A stretch of 62,324 nucleotides of DNA, the filler included, from Choristocarpus tenellus KU-1152 (taxonomy: Eukaryota; Protista; Phaeophyceae): the NCBI GenBank assembly GCA_964200185.2. It is 9 parts of 9 records of this genome, joined end to end, with 100 filler letters (N's around TTAATTAATTAA, not from the genome) between each part and the next. Parts side by side here need not be neighbours in the genome. Positions count along the whole stretch, not along the records: positions 36,071 to 38,768 come from CAXNAD020025543.1; positions 38,869 to 43,599 come from CAXNAD020013299.1; positions 43,700 to 47,068 come from CAXNAD020020486.1; positions 47,169 to 57,209 come from CAXNAD020003186.1; 5 more parts are not named here. One strand, written 5' to 3'. The position numbers and the translations under genes are program-made. Below, piece after piece: positions 36,095-50,200 of the stretch. A model generated the notes under the pieces. The model saw only the letters and a program-made list of their open reading frames with translations, did not search any database and was not told the origin of the DNA. Each line of letters opens with the position of its first letter. The first letter of the stretch is position 1.

Positions 36095-38253
36095 CTTCGC
36101 CTTAGGGTTCTTTGCAGTCGGGCCCTATCTCTCCCTTCGCAATTTTGTGCCTGAGGGGGATGAAGAGCCTGCTGGTCTTCTTGAGGTGAGAAAAAGGTGG
36201 TGTGAGTAGTGGGAGGAGGGGGATTGGGGGACAAGATGCTTTGGGCAGTGGAAGGGTAGGTGAGGTGGGGGTTAGGTTTCTTGTCTTGATACAGAGAAGC
36301 AGGAAGGACGGGGCGGGGCAAACTAGGCGCTTGAAATCATGTTTGAGACCACATCGTGCTGATGGTTGAGCTGGAATTGACTGTTGATGGACAAAGTGTA
36401 CTTGTCTTTTTTCCTGGATATTGATGGTATTCTAAGCAGTAGTATTTGATAGGTATGCAGCATGGATGGAGTGGTGGACTCTTCTGGCATTTCCCCTCAC
36501 TTCACGTTCCCAGGTCCTTGGAGGATAGTGTTGATAATAGCAGAACCAATAAGGTTACGCTGGTAAACACAAAAGGAGTGTGGGTATTTCGTGCTTGACT
36601 CTAGTTACCATTTTTCCACTGCAACCTCTTCCTTGTCAATAGAAGTTGTGTCAATACCATAATCATCCTTCAATCTTCCCCCTCCACCTCCTCCTCAGCT
36701 CATGGCTCATGTTCGGCCCACCTCTCTGCCCTTGCTGTTGACCCTGTTGTTTGAACCGCTGCTACTGTGGTGATCCTTTGGTGAAGCAGAAGCTGGCCAC
36801 CAGTAAGTTAGCGGGCCTGGGCGTCCTGGGAGCAGTTCTGGGGCTAGGGAGTGGTCTCTTGCCTGCACTAGGAGGTATGGTGGCTGGTGCAACGTCTCCG
36901 TAGGGTATTTACCTATGTGGGATATCACCTTTCATATTGCAATAGACAGAAGACCTTCAAAAGTTCACAAATGTCCTGTTTTCAAGTAGGGACAGCAACC
37001 TGCAACATTTTCTTCAAAAGTGTTGATATTTGGGGTTGATTAAACCTGAGACGTGCGTGCTTTGGGTTAGTTACACAGGCTTCACATTCTTTTAACACCA
37101 GAGCATTGTTGATCACCATTTGGGCATTAATTTTATCCTGTGAGGTATGTAAATGGCATGACTAATTAACTGTGGGGGGGGGAAGTTGTATAGTGAGGGG
37201 TTTGATAAAATCGTGGCGTGCTCTTGTGTTGCAAGAGGCTTATCATCTTCTGTCTATGCAGTACTTCTCGTCAGGGGGATAGGGCTGGGGTGAGATGGTT
37301 GGGTAGGAGGAGGAGTGCAGCCTTGTGAAGTATGCCTTGCGGGGAGAAGTGCACTCCTGCTGCTGTGGTGTTGTGCACGTGTGTGTCTACATGTTTCGCG
37401 TGGAGAAATATTGTTGTGGTCTTCCTTGCGAAAAGGTATATACAAGAAGACATTCATGGTTTGGGAGCAAGAAATGCACACTGCTCCGAGGTTTGTCAAA
37501 GGAGGTTGCTGCTGTTGGGTTGTACTGCTCAAGGTGTGAGACAACCACCTCTCTACTCTTCGTGTTGAGGACCGCGGCCGGATCAGTCTACGTGCAAATT
37601 GATTTACACTTGAAGGTGGAGGTCTCTCACTGACATGTGTTGCTTTTCTTTTCCAGCGAGGCAGATTTCATTTGTGTCGTGCGAGTGTTCGTACCAGGAG
37701 TAGCTCCAATGCTATTGGGTGTCCTACTCCGAAGTACTTGATATTGGTCCGTGCAGTCGTCGTTGAGCACCACCTTCCTTACACGCAACAATGTTCTGCT
37801 ATAACGTACACTGTGGCAGCAAATAAAAATTACAATACTTTGACTTTGCCTGAGACATTTTTTTTTTCTATTTCAACCTTCTCACCCCCGTCCACAACCT
37901 CTCTCCTCTCTCCTCTCTCGCCCTTGTACCCACACCCCTTTTGTGCCTTTGACTGCCTGCTATTCATCCCCTTCCCTGTGCTGCTCAACCCGCCGTGCTG
38001 CTCCTCCCTTCCCTTAGACCCGGCAGCACTTGAGGGCTACAAGGAGTTATTTTTGAGCTCAAAGCTCGTCGCAGTATCTTCTGTTGACTTCGCAATCCTT
38101 TCAGTGGTGATAGTAGATCCTCTACGTGAGGATATGATCCGCAGGGGAGTCTCCCCGGACCCTGCTAAGCTGGCTCTGTATCTGGTTCCCTTGGTAGGGC
38201 CAGCGCTGTGGCTGTTGACTCGCCCCCCCGTTGTCCAGCAGGGAGAAGTGTGA
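36095..38253 (+). CDS. DUF2834-like integral membrane protein of the cyanobacterial/plastid type (5' incomplete)
   Basis: Exons 36095-36185, 36787/36790-36874, 38018-38253: FALGFFAVGPYLSLR...KLATSK...LFLSSKLVAVSSVDF...EDMIRRG...LVPLVGPALWLLTRPP*. This resembles the conserved cyanobacterial/plant pattern SLDF...DM.RRG...P++GP..YL..RP. Confidence 0.65.
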
Positions 38254-38981
38254 GGGGGGCCTCTCAGATGCCGGATGGTACGGGGTAGATGGGGTAGAGG
38301 GCAGACATAGGGGAAGTATGCGCGTGTGCATGTGTTCTTGTTCAGCATAGTGGCTCGGTTGAACTTGTAGCAACAGCTTCTTTTTTTGCAGAGACAAGAT
38401 ATTAACATCCTTGTGTTGGTTTGAAGTAGAAAAAGTTTGATATGCCATTTTTTCCCCCAGGATGAGGTGCTAATTCGATTCTGGGTTAGGGGGTGCAGTA
38501 GGCCTTGGAGGCCCCTGGGAAACGTTGTGATACTTGAGGAATGGTTGAACTTTGGGATTTTTTACATCTTCGCACTTGAGATATTTAACGATTTTCATTT
38601 TCGGTGGTACTGGCAGTTTTTAGGGTGGGTTTACTGACATGCAAATAATCACTGGTGTGGTGAGGTACTAATAGTATCAAGTACTAGAGTACTAAGCACT
38701 TGGAACCCCCCCCCCCAGTATGACTTTTTTTTGGTGGCTACTGTGCGCTGTTTGGTTGGATAATGTAGNNNNNNNNNNNNNNNNNNNNNNNNNNNNNNNN
38801 NNNNNNNNNNNNTTAATTAATTAANNNNNNNNNNNNNNNNNNNNNNNNNNNNNNNNNNNNNNNNNNNNGTGGTCCCTGGATCATGATTGACCCCCTACCT
38901 AATTTTAATCACTTTTGAAACACTTCTGTGTGTGAATGGCTGTTTGATGCTTACTTGTGGGTTGTGTTGGTGTTGGCCCAG

Positions 38982-41900
38982 GTGCAAGGGCAAGGGCAGG
39001 GGCAGGGGCAGGGGAGTCTCTCCGCCGGACAACAGTCGGTGCTGGAGGCTGAAGCTAAGGAGAAGAACCTGCAGAAAAAGGCTAAGCAGTGGCAGGCTTT
39101 GTCGGGTGGGTTAAGATGGGAAAAGAGGAGGGTTTTGATTTTGGAGTGGGGCGTTTTTTCCTGTGACAAGTTGTGAAACTACGTATAATATCTATATAGG
39201 AAGAGTTGGAAGATTGGTACCATGGCCTGTTTGTTCTTGGCTCTTTCAACACCCAGGGGTCTAGAAAATTCATCGCATTGTTCTTCCCAGACAGTAGAAG
39301 ACTCTTGAGTTGTTTCCTGGCAAGTGTGGCACCCTCCTATCCCCCAAAGGTTTTGGCTTTTTTAGGTGAGTGCATGCACACAGTTGAGAGAGGTTATTGC
39401 TATTATTATTTATAATAATAAGAATTATTACGTGAATAGTCGTGGGACAAGAGTGGGATATACTGTAGTGATTATGGCATAGAATGTGGAACAGTAAGAT
39501 TCGTGAGTTACTCTTCACCTGGAGGACACCCTGTGGTCCATAGTGCAATCCACAGGACGAGCACTTTCTTTCCAGTCAGTTGACGAAGGTCTTGGTTTTC
39601 TTCCTTGCTCCCTACTTCCTCCCTAGAGGCCCAACAGAGTTGACTCGATTTTGTCTAGGTGGTGTGTTGTGCTGCTCAAGGAATAGTGCTATATTTTGGA
39701 ATTACTTGCTCTGTGTTGGAATCTTTCTGTTCCTTCCTGCAGTTGCCCCATAGGTGCAAAACCTGCTGTGATTTATGTCATCTTGTCTGTACTAGTACAA
39801 GCTATTGGTAGTGTAGTATACAGTTGTAAGGTACATTGTACCCTGATGATGTACTTCTGGGTACCACGGCATCGAATGCGTGGTTCTGGTCCCCCCCGCT
39901 CTTTTTTTTTTTTGGTTTTACACACTTCTGTTACATCTTTACACACCTCTTTTACTTTGTTTTATGTGCATGGTAGATGGCACCTTGAGAAAACACCCAT
40001 GCTGTATGGATTTGTTGACTTCCTGCTGAGAGCAGCACAATGATGACATCCACCAAGTTTTTGTTCACAGTCCTGAGAATGTCCCGAGACCTGTGGTAGA
40101 TTTACTCCTCTGCAATGTGTGTCTATTTAAAAATAGTACTGTCTGTGAGGGTGAGGTATATATTTAGCAGCCTCGCTCAGCGGTGAGTGTGGGTGTGTGT
40201 TTGAATTGAGTACAGGTGTATTACAGTAGTGTATTTTCAATGTGTTGGTATGTGTTGTCATACAAAATAGTTTATACCTACACAAAGAGTGGTTGGAATC
40301 AACACCTTTTTGAGGGGGTGATGGAGTTGCTGTAGAGAGATAAGCGTTTTTCTGTTCATAAAAAAAGAGAAATAAAGGGTCGTTCATGCAGACCTGTTCA
40401 TTGGAGCTAATATAAATTTGCACAACACTATACTGTAGGATGTACTAGTACTGTTGTATGTTAGGTTATGTTTGGAGTGACAACCTTTTTTCAAGGTTCT
40501 CTTGATGGTTAGTTACCAGTGTGGATGATTACACGATTCAAGTCTTTCAAAAATGTATGTGTGCACGTATGTAGAGAGAGAGAGAGAGAGAGAGAGAGTG
40601 AGAGTGAGAGAGATAGAGACTTTGAACATGTATATTGACCTCTTTTCTTTTTTTATGTCTGGCTTTTAATCAACACGCCTCTCTACAACACAGCCAAGCG
40701 GTATGGAGAGAAGCGGAAGTTTGGATTTGTGGATGTGTACAAGGAGGACATGCCGTCAGAACACGTCAGGTGAGGATATTAAAATGTGTTTATATATAGA
40801 GAGATGTGTGTGTGTGTGTGTGTTGATATGTATGCATAGATGTGTGCATGTTGTGTATGTGTTAGGGTTAGGGTTAGGGTTAGCGGCGTGTTTGTGTTAC
40901 GGGAGGTTGTACTGTTGTGTGACAGTGAAAGGTGTGTATGGTTATGTTACTTTTGGAATTGCTATCCTTTTGTGTGAGTCAATCGATTTAATCTTCAATC
41001 CATCCCATGTTGAATGTCCACACCACACGACAGAGGGGGGAAGGTGATTTTGTACTTATTTTTATTACGAGAAGGTTGGAATGGTTCTAGCGGTCATGAG
41101 TTTCCCCGTACCCTGTGAAGTACCCTACCTGACATGTCAGATTCATAGGGTGCGTATTTCCTGTGTTAATGTTTGTTTTTGTGAGCTTGACACGAAGTGA
41201 GGTATGTGGTCTGCTCTGTGTGATTCTTTGTAATTCTCATATCTCTGTTGAAATCGTCGTTTAAAGCTGAGTTTTCAGGGTAACTGTAAGTTAGTGTGGC
41301 AACTACAGTGAGAATAATGATTAGTTACAAGCATGAACTGCTGCCCCTCCCCCCTCCCCCCTCCCCCACCTCCCATCCCCCATCCCCCATCTCCCCCTCC
41401 CTTGATGTATCATGTTCTATTGTTAATTTTGAACGGAGTGTATCTTATTAGAGACAGTCTCTTGTAGAATGAAAAGGGGAAAGGATGAAAAGGATGAAGT
41501 AGATGCGAGGTGTCCTTGCTTAGAAGGAGAAAGGCAACAGATACACAAAAAGGTGGCCACACTGATGATGGCTGCAACATGCAGTCACAGTATTGCCAAC
41601 TTTGTGTCTGCTCTTACTTCTCTCCAGACAAGAATGGCCTGCCACTTTCACCTCCTCTGTTTCTGCCTGTACCTTGACTCGTGTAGCCAGCTCCAGCTTG
41701 GCCTTTGTCGCTCTGGTCGTTGGTGATGGTGGTTTGGTTGAAATATATTGATGTCTGGGGTGATATTGTTTTCGAAAGGCTGAAATCGATGTGTATGATT
41801 TGTGTTAGGTGGCGACTGGACAGACACGATAAGGATTCTGATTATTGGAGGGCGTTTTGGACAGTTTCGTGGGCTAGTTGGAGGGGTGGTAGTGCTAGAA

Positions 41901-43556
41901 TGACGCAATCATCCTGGGCTGTAAAGCTGTACATAGTGTTTTCGATGCGGAGCCTATTGTGCACGCTGTGAAAGAGAATAACTCTCATGGGTACCTCTTT
42001 TTTAACTTCAAATGACAATTTTTTTTCTTCTAAGTTTTAGGCGTTGTTGGTACCTGATGGTGTGTCACTACCTGTCACTACCCTTTTGTCCTTGTTACAC
42101 ATCTTGGTAGATAGTAGTTCATAAATAAATATCGTTGTTGACGTAAAGTATAACTGATAGCAATCTATTGATATTTTTTCAACGTTGATGTACACTGCTG
42201 TTTTCATTGCCCTGGGTTAGCAGCACTCTTTTTATTGGTTTTTTATTTTTACGTCGTTGGTTTTGATCTTTTTTATTGTTTTTTTATTTTTATGTCATTG
42301 GTTTCGATCTTTCAACTTCTTTTGAGTGTGTTGATTGATTTAACTCCACCGTGGTTTGTCACGATGTGTTCTCAGAAAAATAATCCGTGATCATGGTGAC
42401 ATGACTTCCAAGAAGTTCCGACACGACAAGAGGGTCTACCTAGGGGCACTCAAGTTTGTACCACATGCGGTGTACAAGCTGATGGAGAACATGCCCATGC
42501 CTTGGGAGGCAGTCCGCAATGTGAAGGTGAATGTTCTGCATTATGTGTTCTCGATTGATTTCATGTGGTTGGGTGACACTCTCCCTCCTTAACTTGTCGT
42601 GAGTGCTCGCCAGTAGTTGTCTTAGTGGGCAATGTGAGGGGTGGGTGGTGTTGCTTTTTTTGGGCTCTCTCGTTTGCCCCCCTTCCCTGATGTTTCTTTA
42701 TCTGTCCTGCTTTATAGGATTTTTTTTTCTTGTTTTTTGTCTCCCCCTCCCCCCTCCCCCCTCCCCCCTCCTCCCTTATTTTCATTGGTAACTGGTGATG
42801 CGGCTGGCGCACGCTGTGGTCAGGTGTTGTATCACGTGACAGGCGCTATCAGCTTTGTGAACGAGATCCCGTCTGTGATAGAGCCGGTGTACATTGCCCA
42901 GTGGGGTACGATGTGGATCATGATGCGAAGGGAAAAGAGGGACCGGCGTCACTTCAAGCGAATGCGCTTTCCCCCCTTTGATGATGAGGAGCCTCCCCTT
43001 GACTACGGTGAGAGCAATGGACACGTCTTTTACCCACGTGTTGTGTTTTGGTGTTGAATGTTTTGTGCATGGCGTGGTGTGTGTGTGTGTCCACTGCTGT
43101 GTGCTGCGGATGATCTTGATCTTGATCTTGCTGATTTGTTTTGTGTTCCACTTTGTTATAAAAATGGATAGGGGCGTTTGGTGGCCTGCAACAAGCGTGG
43201 CAGTGTGTTTGGCCTTTCTTGCTGGTTGTGAATTGATCTGTGTTATTACGTGGAAAAACGTTAATCAAAAACACGGTTGAGAAAATTCTCTGTGCTTATC
43301 AAGAAATTGCTGGCAACGTCTTGTCTCAATCCCCGCTCCCGTCTGCGTCCCGGTCTACGTCCTGGTCTACTCAAGGTTTCATTTTTCTGATATTGATACG
43401 TTGATAAAGAGTTGTTTGAATACCCCTACTGTCCTGTACGCCTTCCCCTTTGTCCTAAGGTGACAACGTGCTCGACGTTGAACCGTTGGAGCCTATCAAC
43501 ATGGAGCTTGATGAGGATGATGACTTGCCCGTATTGGAGTGGTTTTATGACTCGAA
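38982..43556 (+). CDS. PRP8: Pre-mRNA splicing factor PRP8, N-terminal exons (both ends off contig)
   Basis: Exons 38982-39105, 40694-40769, 42376-42526, 42824-43007, 43460-43556: KAKQWQ...[12 protein letters not shown]...[33 protein letters not shown]...[35 protein letters not shown], near-invariant PRP8 sequence. Confidence 0.98.
41740..41970 (-). mobile_element. Possible decayed non-LTR reverse transcriptase fragment in a PRP8 intron
   Basis: [28 protein letters not shown] resembles the YADD...LQ.AL segment of LINE RTs; contains a stop. Confidence 0.3.
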
Positions 43557-43769
43557 GTGAGTCCTTCGCCCTCCCCTTCCACACCTGCCTCCCTTTCATN
43601 NNNNNNNNNNNNNNNNNNNNNNNNNNNNNNNNNNNNNNNNNNNTTAATTAATTAANNNNNNNNNNNNNNNNNNNNNNNNNNNNNNNNNNNNNNNNNNNNG
43701 GAGGAGTCGATGCGGCTGACCCCCCCCCCCACTCATGCCCTGCCCTGCCCCTGCCCCCACCCCCCCCAC

Positions 43770-44406
43770 CTTCATCACAAGAGTTTCCAACTCCTCAATA
43801 GTCTCTACTGAGCTGAAAAATGGCACAGAGGTAGTCTCTTCCTTCACCTCTCCCATCTCAGTCATAGCCCTCCCTTCCTCCGCTTCATTCCTCCCAGATA
43901 TTAAACCTAACCCCGGCTCCTGGGCCTCCTTCACAGCACCATCACCAGCTACAGGGCTGGCAGCGGTGATGGCAAGAGTATTTGTAGCAGCAAAGGCGGT
44001 TGCAGGTGGGGGTAAAGAAGAGGGAGGAAGGCTCTCCCTCTTGTCCTTGAGGCTATCCACTTCTGGAACGAAGCCATACGGCATGGAGTCGGGCTTTGCC
44101 TGAGCAAAGTATGATGTTACCGCCTGCCAATATTGTATTGTTTGTGTGTATGTGGTTGGGTGGGTGGTTGGGTGGGGAAGGAAAAGAGGTGTGAGATGAG
44201 AAAGAACAAATTCAATGAAAAAAATAGCAACGATGGAGGAGTTCCTACTGAATTGCGAAGTGAGGTAGACCAAAAACAGAGTAAGGGTATGTATGAGTGG
44301 CACAGCATGGAAAACAGAAGAGAAGGGAGGGGGGGGGGNNNNNNNNNNAGGGGAAGAAGAAGGAAGGAAGAAAAGAAGGGGAGGGAGGGAAAGGAGGGGG
44401 GGGAGG

Positions 44407-44440
<34 letters not shown>

Positions 44441-44890
44441 TTGAGTGTGGAGACACCAACTTTATTTAGACTTCTTACATGAGAAAACCGTGTACAATCC
44501 TAGTATTACCAGCATGCAAAATTGAACTAAACCTGGCAGCTCTCACATGCCATGCAGGGTTATATGCAAACAAACATCCATCTCTAACCACATCTCATAG
44601 AACACAAATCTTTGTGCCCAACTAGAACAGTAGTAGTATTAGTATTAGTGAGCAAAAAGTAGTCATATTTTGAGGCGTCTGGTGCCTTGAAACGACATTG
44701 GGTAGGCATCTATCTTTTTTTTTCCAATATTACACACACACAATGTAGTACTACATACCACTCTTTAAAATTTGTCATACATGCACCATTCTGCTTTTGA
44801 TTCACTCTATCAATTTTGGCAACTTTGCTTCCAATGTGATAGTGCCTCTCCCATTCTGACATCAACCCTAACCCTAACCCTAACCCTAAC

Positions 44891-44927
<37 letters not shown>

Positions 44928-46611
44928 GATAGATTATATACAAAGCTGAGAGGTGTGGACTCTGACATGAGTACTGCCAGTGTGTTGTACATCAATGTGG
45001 ATGCCCTGGTACTTCAAAGTGTCAAAGAAGGAAGGGTTGAGAATATTCAAGTGCCTGGTGGGGGTAGTACTACCTAGTGCATGTTTTTCTTGGAAAAAGA
45101 CATACCTACTTTAAAGTATCATTTACAGGGGCAAGGTGGGGGGGTGGGGGGTGAGGGTTATTCTTAAGATGATAACCAGTTTATTCCCTACGATGTGATA
45201 TGATGCTTCTCTCAACGAGTTCCACTGTTAATATTATTACTATTTGTTCATGCATTTATTTGTTGTGCATTACCACTATTACTACTAATTCTGCACACTA
45301 TGAGTAAATCTTGTAGGACACCAACTGCTATCTGATACATGCTGGTACTTCTTATGTACTAGCACCGAGTATTCACTCTCTTACATGCACATAGTATGCA
45401 TGATGTTACCACAATTCTAATCAAGGAACTAACTCCCTACCTGAAATTCTTCAACCACAATAACACCAAACATAATACTGTGCTACATTTTAACCACAAT
45501 CTTTTCCACAAATGATGTTGATGTCACAATACGCAAGACATAGGCATCTGATCTATTCATGGAAAATACTCCACGTCCAATCCACCCCCCTCACACACCT
45601 CAGAACCCACTCACTTTCTTACACCGCTCCAAGGAGTAGAAACCCTCCTGTGACAAGCGGTTGAACACGCCTCCCAGCACTCTCGAACCCTTAGATTCAA
45701 AGAAAGCCGCATTGAGGTTGAAGCTGTCCACTGCATCCCCCACCCCAGACTTGCCCACAAGGAGCACAGGGGAGCCCAAAGCTGCAGAGGTATCACCATT
45801 GGAAACACCACAGATGGAGCCCACCGAAGGATAGCCCACACCATCAACCACAACCACCTTGAGGAATAGTTAGAGGGCAACGGATAAGGATTAGTGATTG
45901 CTGTTAGAAATGTGACATACACTCTCTATTACCAACTCGTATACACCACAGTGAGTCCGGAGGATAAATTCACTCTTGTTTACACCAAAAATATGGTTGT
46001 CACTACTTCCAGCAAGATCAGCTGCAGAGGGAGGAACAACACCCATGACGGTAGGGAGAACAGGGGGTGGGGCCAGGGGGGGATATGACAATGGTACAGG
46101 AGTACAGTAGTGTACAATACAGACCCCTATAGTGGGAACTAGGTCTACTGAGGAACAAAGTGGGTTGGTCTTAAACACTATCAATGTTGTTGCTTTACTA
46201 CTGGGGATACCGTACTGTACCTTGTGTACACCAATAAAAATTGCCACACAACTGTCCCATTAGGGCCCTGTTGAAAACACTGCATTCCTAGTCCCTCTGC
46301 TACCTGTGACTATGTATGAAAAAATATATAGCCCCCCCCCCCCCCCCCCCCACCCCACCCTTCCGCGCGCCCCCCCCCCCCATCCCCCCCCCGCCCCCCC
46401 CAACTGCACACCTCACCCACNNNNNNNNNNTGTATGAAAAAATATATAGCCCCCCTCCCTCCCTCCCCCCCCCCCATCTGCTCCTCCGCTTCCCCCCACA
46501 TGACATGCTTGCCTTTCTACCAAGAGAGATCTCATCAACTGCAGCTTTGATCTCTGTTAATAGATCCTTGGATGTGCCCAGTCCTCCCTTAAGAAACTCC
46601 CTTGTGAAGCC
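43770..46611 (-). CDS. BioD/Pta-N-terminal-like (AAA_26, dethiobiotin synthase fold) protein, internal exons
   Basis: Exons 46611-46513 (GC donor), 45857-45615, 44123-43770 in phase 0: GFTREFL...ISLGRK|VVVVDGVGYPSVGSICGVSN...PVLLVGKSGVGDAVDSF...VLGGVFNRL...PYGFVP. Confidence 0.8.
44864..44923. repeat. Interstitial (CCCTAA)n tract abutting a (TG)n microsatellite; similar TTAGGG tracts at 40862-40883, 60841-60865, 61385-61405
   Basis: 3-5 perfect hexamer units at each site. Confidence 0.9.
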
Positions 46612-47238
46612 CTTTTCCCATTGGTTGCACATCACAGATAAAACAAAGACGTACAAAATAGTCACACAAACACACACACGGACACATTCCACGTAAGTAT
46701 GCTACACAAATTTGGTTTGCCACTGAGGAGGGAATAAACACAGGATGTGAAGGGTGTATTTAAGGATAGGGTACAACCATCACAAGGATCAGGGGGAAAT
46801 TCTACTACACATTCCTGCAAGTATTATCAAGTAATATCCAAGGGATTCAGGATGGAGCAGGGGGTGGGGCAGGGAGGTAGAAAGAGATGGGAAAAACATG
46901 CAACATCCATTGACGAAAATGTGTCAGGGGGAGGGGGGGGGGTGGGACTGAGCACGGCAGTGGGTTGAATTGGTCTCTAGTGACACACCAATGTTAAGAG
47001 GGGGAAAGACTAACAGACTTGCATGGTGCGGGAAGGATTTAGTCTCTTGCATTTTCACAAGCGGGTAANNNNNNNNNNNNNNNNNNNNNNNNNNNNNNNN
47101 NNNNNNNNNNNNTTAATTAATTAANNNNNNNNNNNNNNNNNNNNNNNNNNNNNNNNNNNNNNNNNNNNCCCCCCACCCAGATATTTTGAGCCAGTCAACA
47201 GCACCCTCCTTTATAGGGTATTATGGCTCATTTTTTCC

Positions 47239-50200
47239 ATGGATGAGGAGGAATCACAGCAGCCACACCTCTACCTCCCTTCTCCAAAATCCAGCAGCCA
47301 TTCACACTTGGCCTCATCAACATTCCTTAAATCACTCACTGGTGGCATGCAGGGTCCAGATGACTGCAGAACAATCAATGAAGTCATAGGAGCTGGGGAG
47401 CCAAGGATTGATCGTGTGATACGGAAGGCCTTCCCCAAGAACCAGGCCAGGGTAGACAACATGGTGAGGAGGCTAGCAACATCGCAACATCCAGTCACCA
47501 GGTAAGAGGAAGGATAGAATTGAAAGTTTAATGTCCAGGGGATATATTTGTGGTAAATTCTTCGAAGCATTGTACTCTAGATTTTTATGTTCGAAACTCC
47601 AAGTTGACTTCACAAGAGTTCTTTGGGTGGCGTCATCTTTCACCTAATAATGACGATGTTATCATGGGAAGGGTTATATTTGTGATAAATATTTCGAAGT
47701 ATTATACTCTGAAGTAGATCATTGTGTTCGAAACTCCAAGTTGACTTCACAAGAGTTCTTTGGGGGTGTCATCTCTCACCTAATAATGACGATGCTATAA
47801 TGGGAATTGATGCTTTTCTGCCAGATTCTTAAACCTCCTTCATATCTTAGAATTGGAGGAAAGATGTATTGGTCGAGTTCCCTCCTGAGAAGCACTTGGT
47901 ATCCAGGTAATTGCTGTAGGCATGGTATACCTGTGATTCTGGAGACAATGGTCCTCTCAGACCCGCTCAATGTGTCTCCTTCGGTTATCTATCAATTGGA
48001 TGTGGGTCTATATTGGTGATGTGGGTATTGAAATTTGAAGTGCACCACCACACACTCAAGGGAATGTCACCCAAAGTTCAGCAGAATATTGATGCACCCA
48101 GGCACAGAATCTGGAGTGCAGAGTAGGACTGAGACCTTGTCACTACCCCACAAATTAAGACATTATACTCAAGCACAATGTTTGCATACACCTCATGATC
48201 TGAATGTTCGATACCCTGGACACTTACACTGTCCAAAAACAACCATATATGGAAGAACCCGGTCTTCGTCGTCAGGATGGCCTAGATATCCCTCCCTCCA
48301 TCTTCCTAGCACAGCTGGAATGTTACTGCATGCAATATTGTACTTTTAAAGTGGAAATAATGATGTGAAGCTTGGAACTGTCTCAGAGAGTGGTACAGCA
48401 AGGCTTCTTTATGGAAGATTGTGAATCCCTAAACTTTGCACTGGTAACTACTAGGAGTACTTCAAAGTTGAGCCATTTATTGCAAGTTTTTTTATTCTTT
48501 TATTTTCCTCCCAGCATGCAAATGGATGGATGGCTGAAAAGAAACGAAGGACGACCTGGAGTGGCCCAGGCGTGCATGGAAGAGGAAGTGGTGGGTGTAC
48601 GGGTTACTAGCTCGAGGGAAGACGAGGCCAGAGCATATGAGGTGAGTATGATTTCTTGTCAACAAATTTGTGAGGGCCTTGAGTGTGCAGCAGTTACTGC
48701 TGCCCCTCAATATGTATATCTAGTTTCTATATTACCCGAGCATTCCAAATGCCTTCCTATGCACAGATGGATTCCACCAAGGCAAGTACAATATTGGTTA
48801 CTCCAACTGTGCGCCTGTAAAGCAATACATTGCCAAAGTATTTCATCCCCCTCGACACCCGATATGTCTGTGTTGTTTTCATCACTAACTGAGCTCCAGT
48901 CAATATATCTGCCTACGCTTTAGCTCGACATCATTTGGTGCCATTAATGTCACTGACCCTCACAACAGGGATTCCTCATCACTACCACCACTACACCAAA
49001 AACATTTCAACATCCCCTGAAACACCAATAAATTCTGTGTCATCACATACATACTATTGCAAATTTTCCTCAAGGACAAGAAATGCTGATAAGAGATACC
49101 TACAATAAACCAACATGAATCCCCACTTGTCACTGTGATTGATATCCTCAGGTATTCCGTCTCTTCTGCAAACGTATCTCTGTTCTCCTTGCCAACATGC
49201 GTATCAGCGGGTTGGGGGCCAGGGTTTCTGCAGCTACTGCTCGAGCTGACTACATCATTGTTGATGCCTATAAGTCAGATGAATCATCTTGTGCTACCTC
49301 GATCTTCTCCTCCAAAAAGAAAGAAGAAAGGATAATGGATTTAGAGGATCAAAACTCCAGTTGTTTGTTTAGCTCTGGATTTGGTAATGAGGTAGGAGTA
49401 GGAACCCGAAAAATCCAAGCCCGAGCCAATTACAGCTTACCACCTCAATCACCCAGCTCTGTGTCAGAGAATAGAGAGATTGCAAGCACAGGGGCCAATG
49501 CAGGGGTTGGATCAGGAGCCCGAGCGGGGATGAGAGTAGGGAAAAATGGTATCCGAGGGGTTTCTGCTAAGAGCAACATAGGAATACGAGAAACTGAGGA
49601 GGCCGGAGATGAGACAACAGCAGCATTAGCGGAAACAAACCTTTCTTGCTTCTTAACCACTGGCCAATCTATGGGGGGTGCAGCTATGAGTTGGGCATAT
49701 GCAAGGGCAGCATTAGTGCTTAGGACAGAGGCGTTGGCCACAGCAGTGGCTTGGGTGGACAGTGCTGGGATTATTCAGGTGTAGTGGGAGGTGTTACTGG
49801 AATCAGTGGGATGATAAAATCGTTCTCGACAAGCAATTGAAAGAGACTAGAAGCGTTCCTCTATTCTAGTTTCTCATATTGTTTCTAGAGTAAATTATCC
49901 TTTGCTTTGGGAAAATACCAACAAACAACCCAACCCTCACTTCCTTATCTCATATCCCATGAACCCCTCCGAGTGAAAGTATCTTAGCGGGTACGAGTTT
50001 GCCCTGTTTGTCCATTTTGGGGCTTGGCTTCCGTCAGATTTTTATGACATTTTCCTACTCCAAAGTTCCGGAGTAGTAGGTAAAATGTGCACGTTATGAA
50101 AAGGTGTGTCCAGAACAAGGACATTGATATCTCCTAATAAACACGATGGCCGAAATTACATCAAAATCGCAACATTGGATTTTGGGGCCCAAATGGACGC

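Noticed and set aside
29270-43556. RPB4, the GBF1-like gene and PRP8 as a functional cluster
   Set aside because: PRP8 is on a different contig, so its proximity is an artefact of concatenation; RPB4 and the ARF-GEF are functionally unrelated neighbours.
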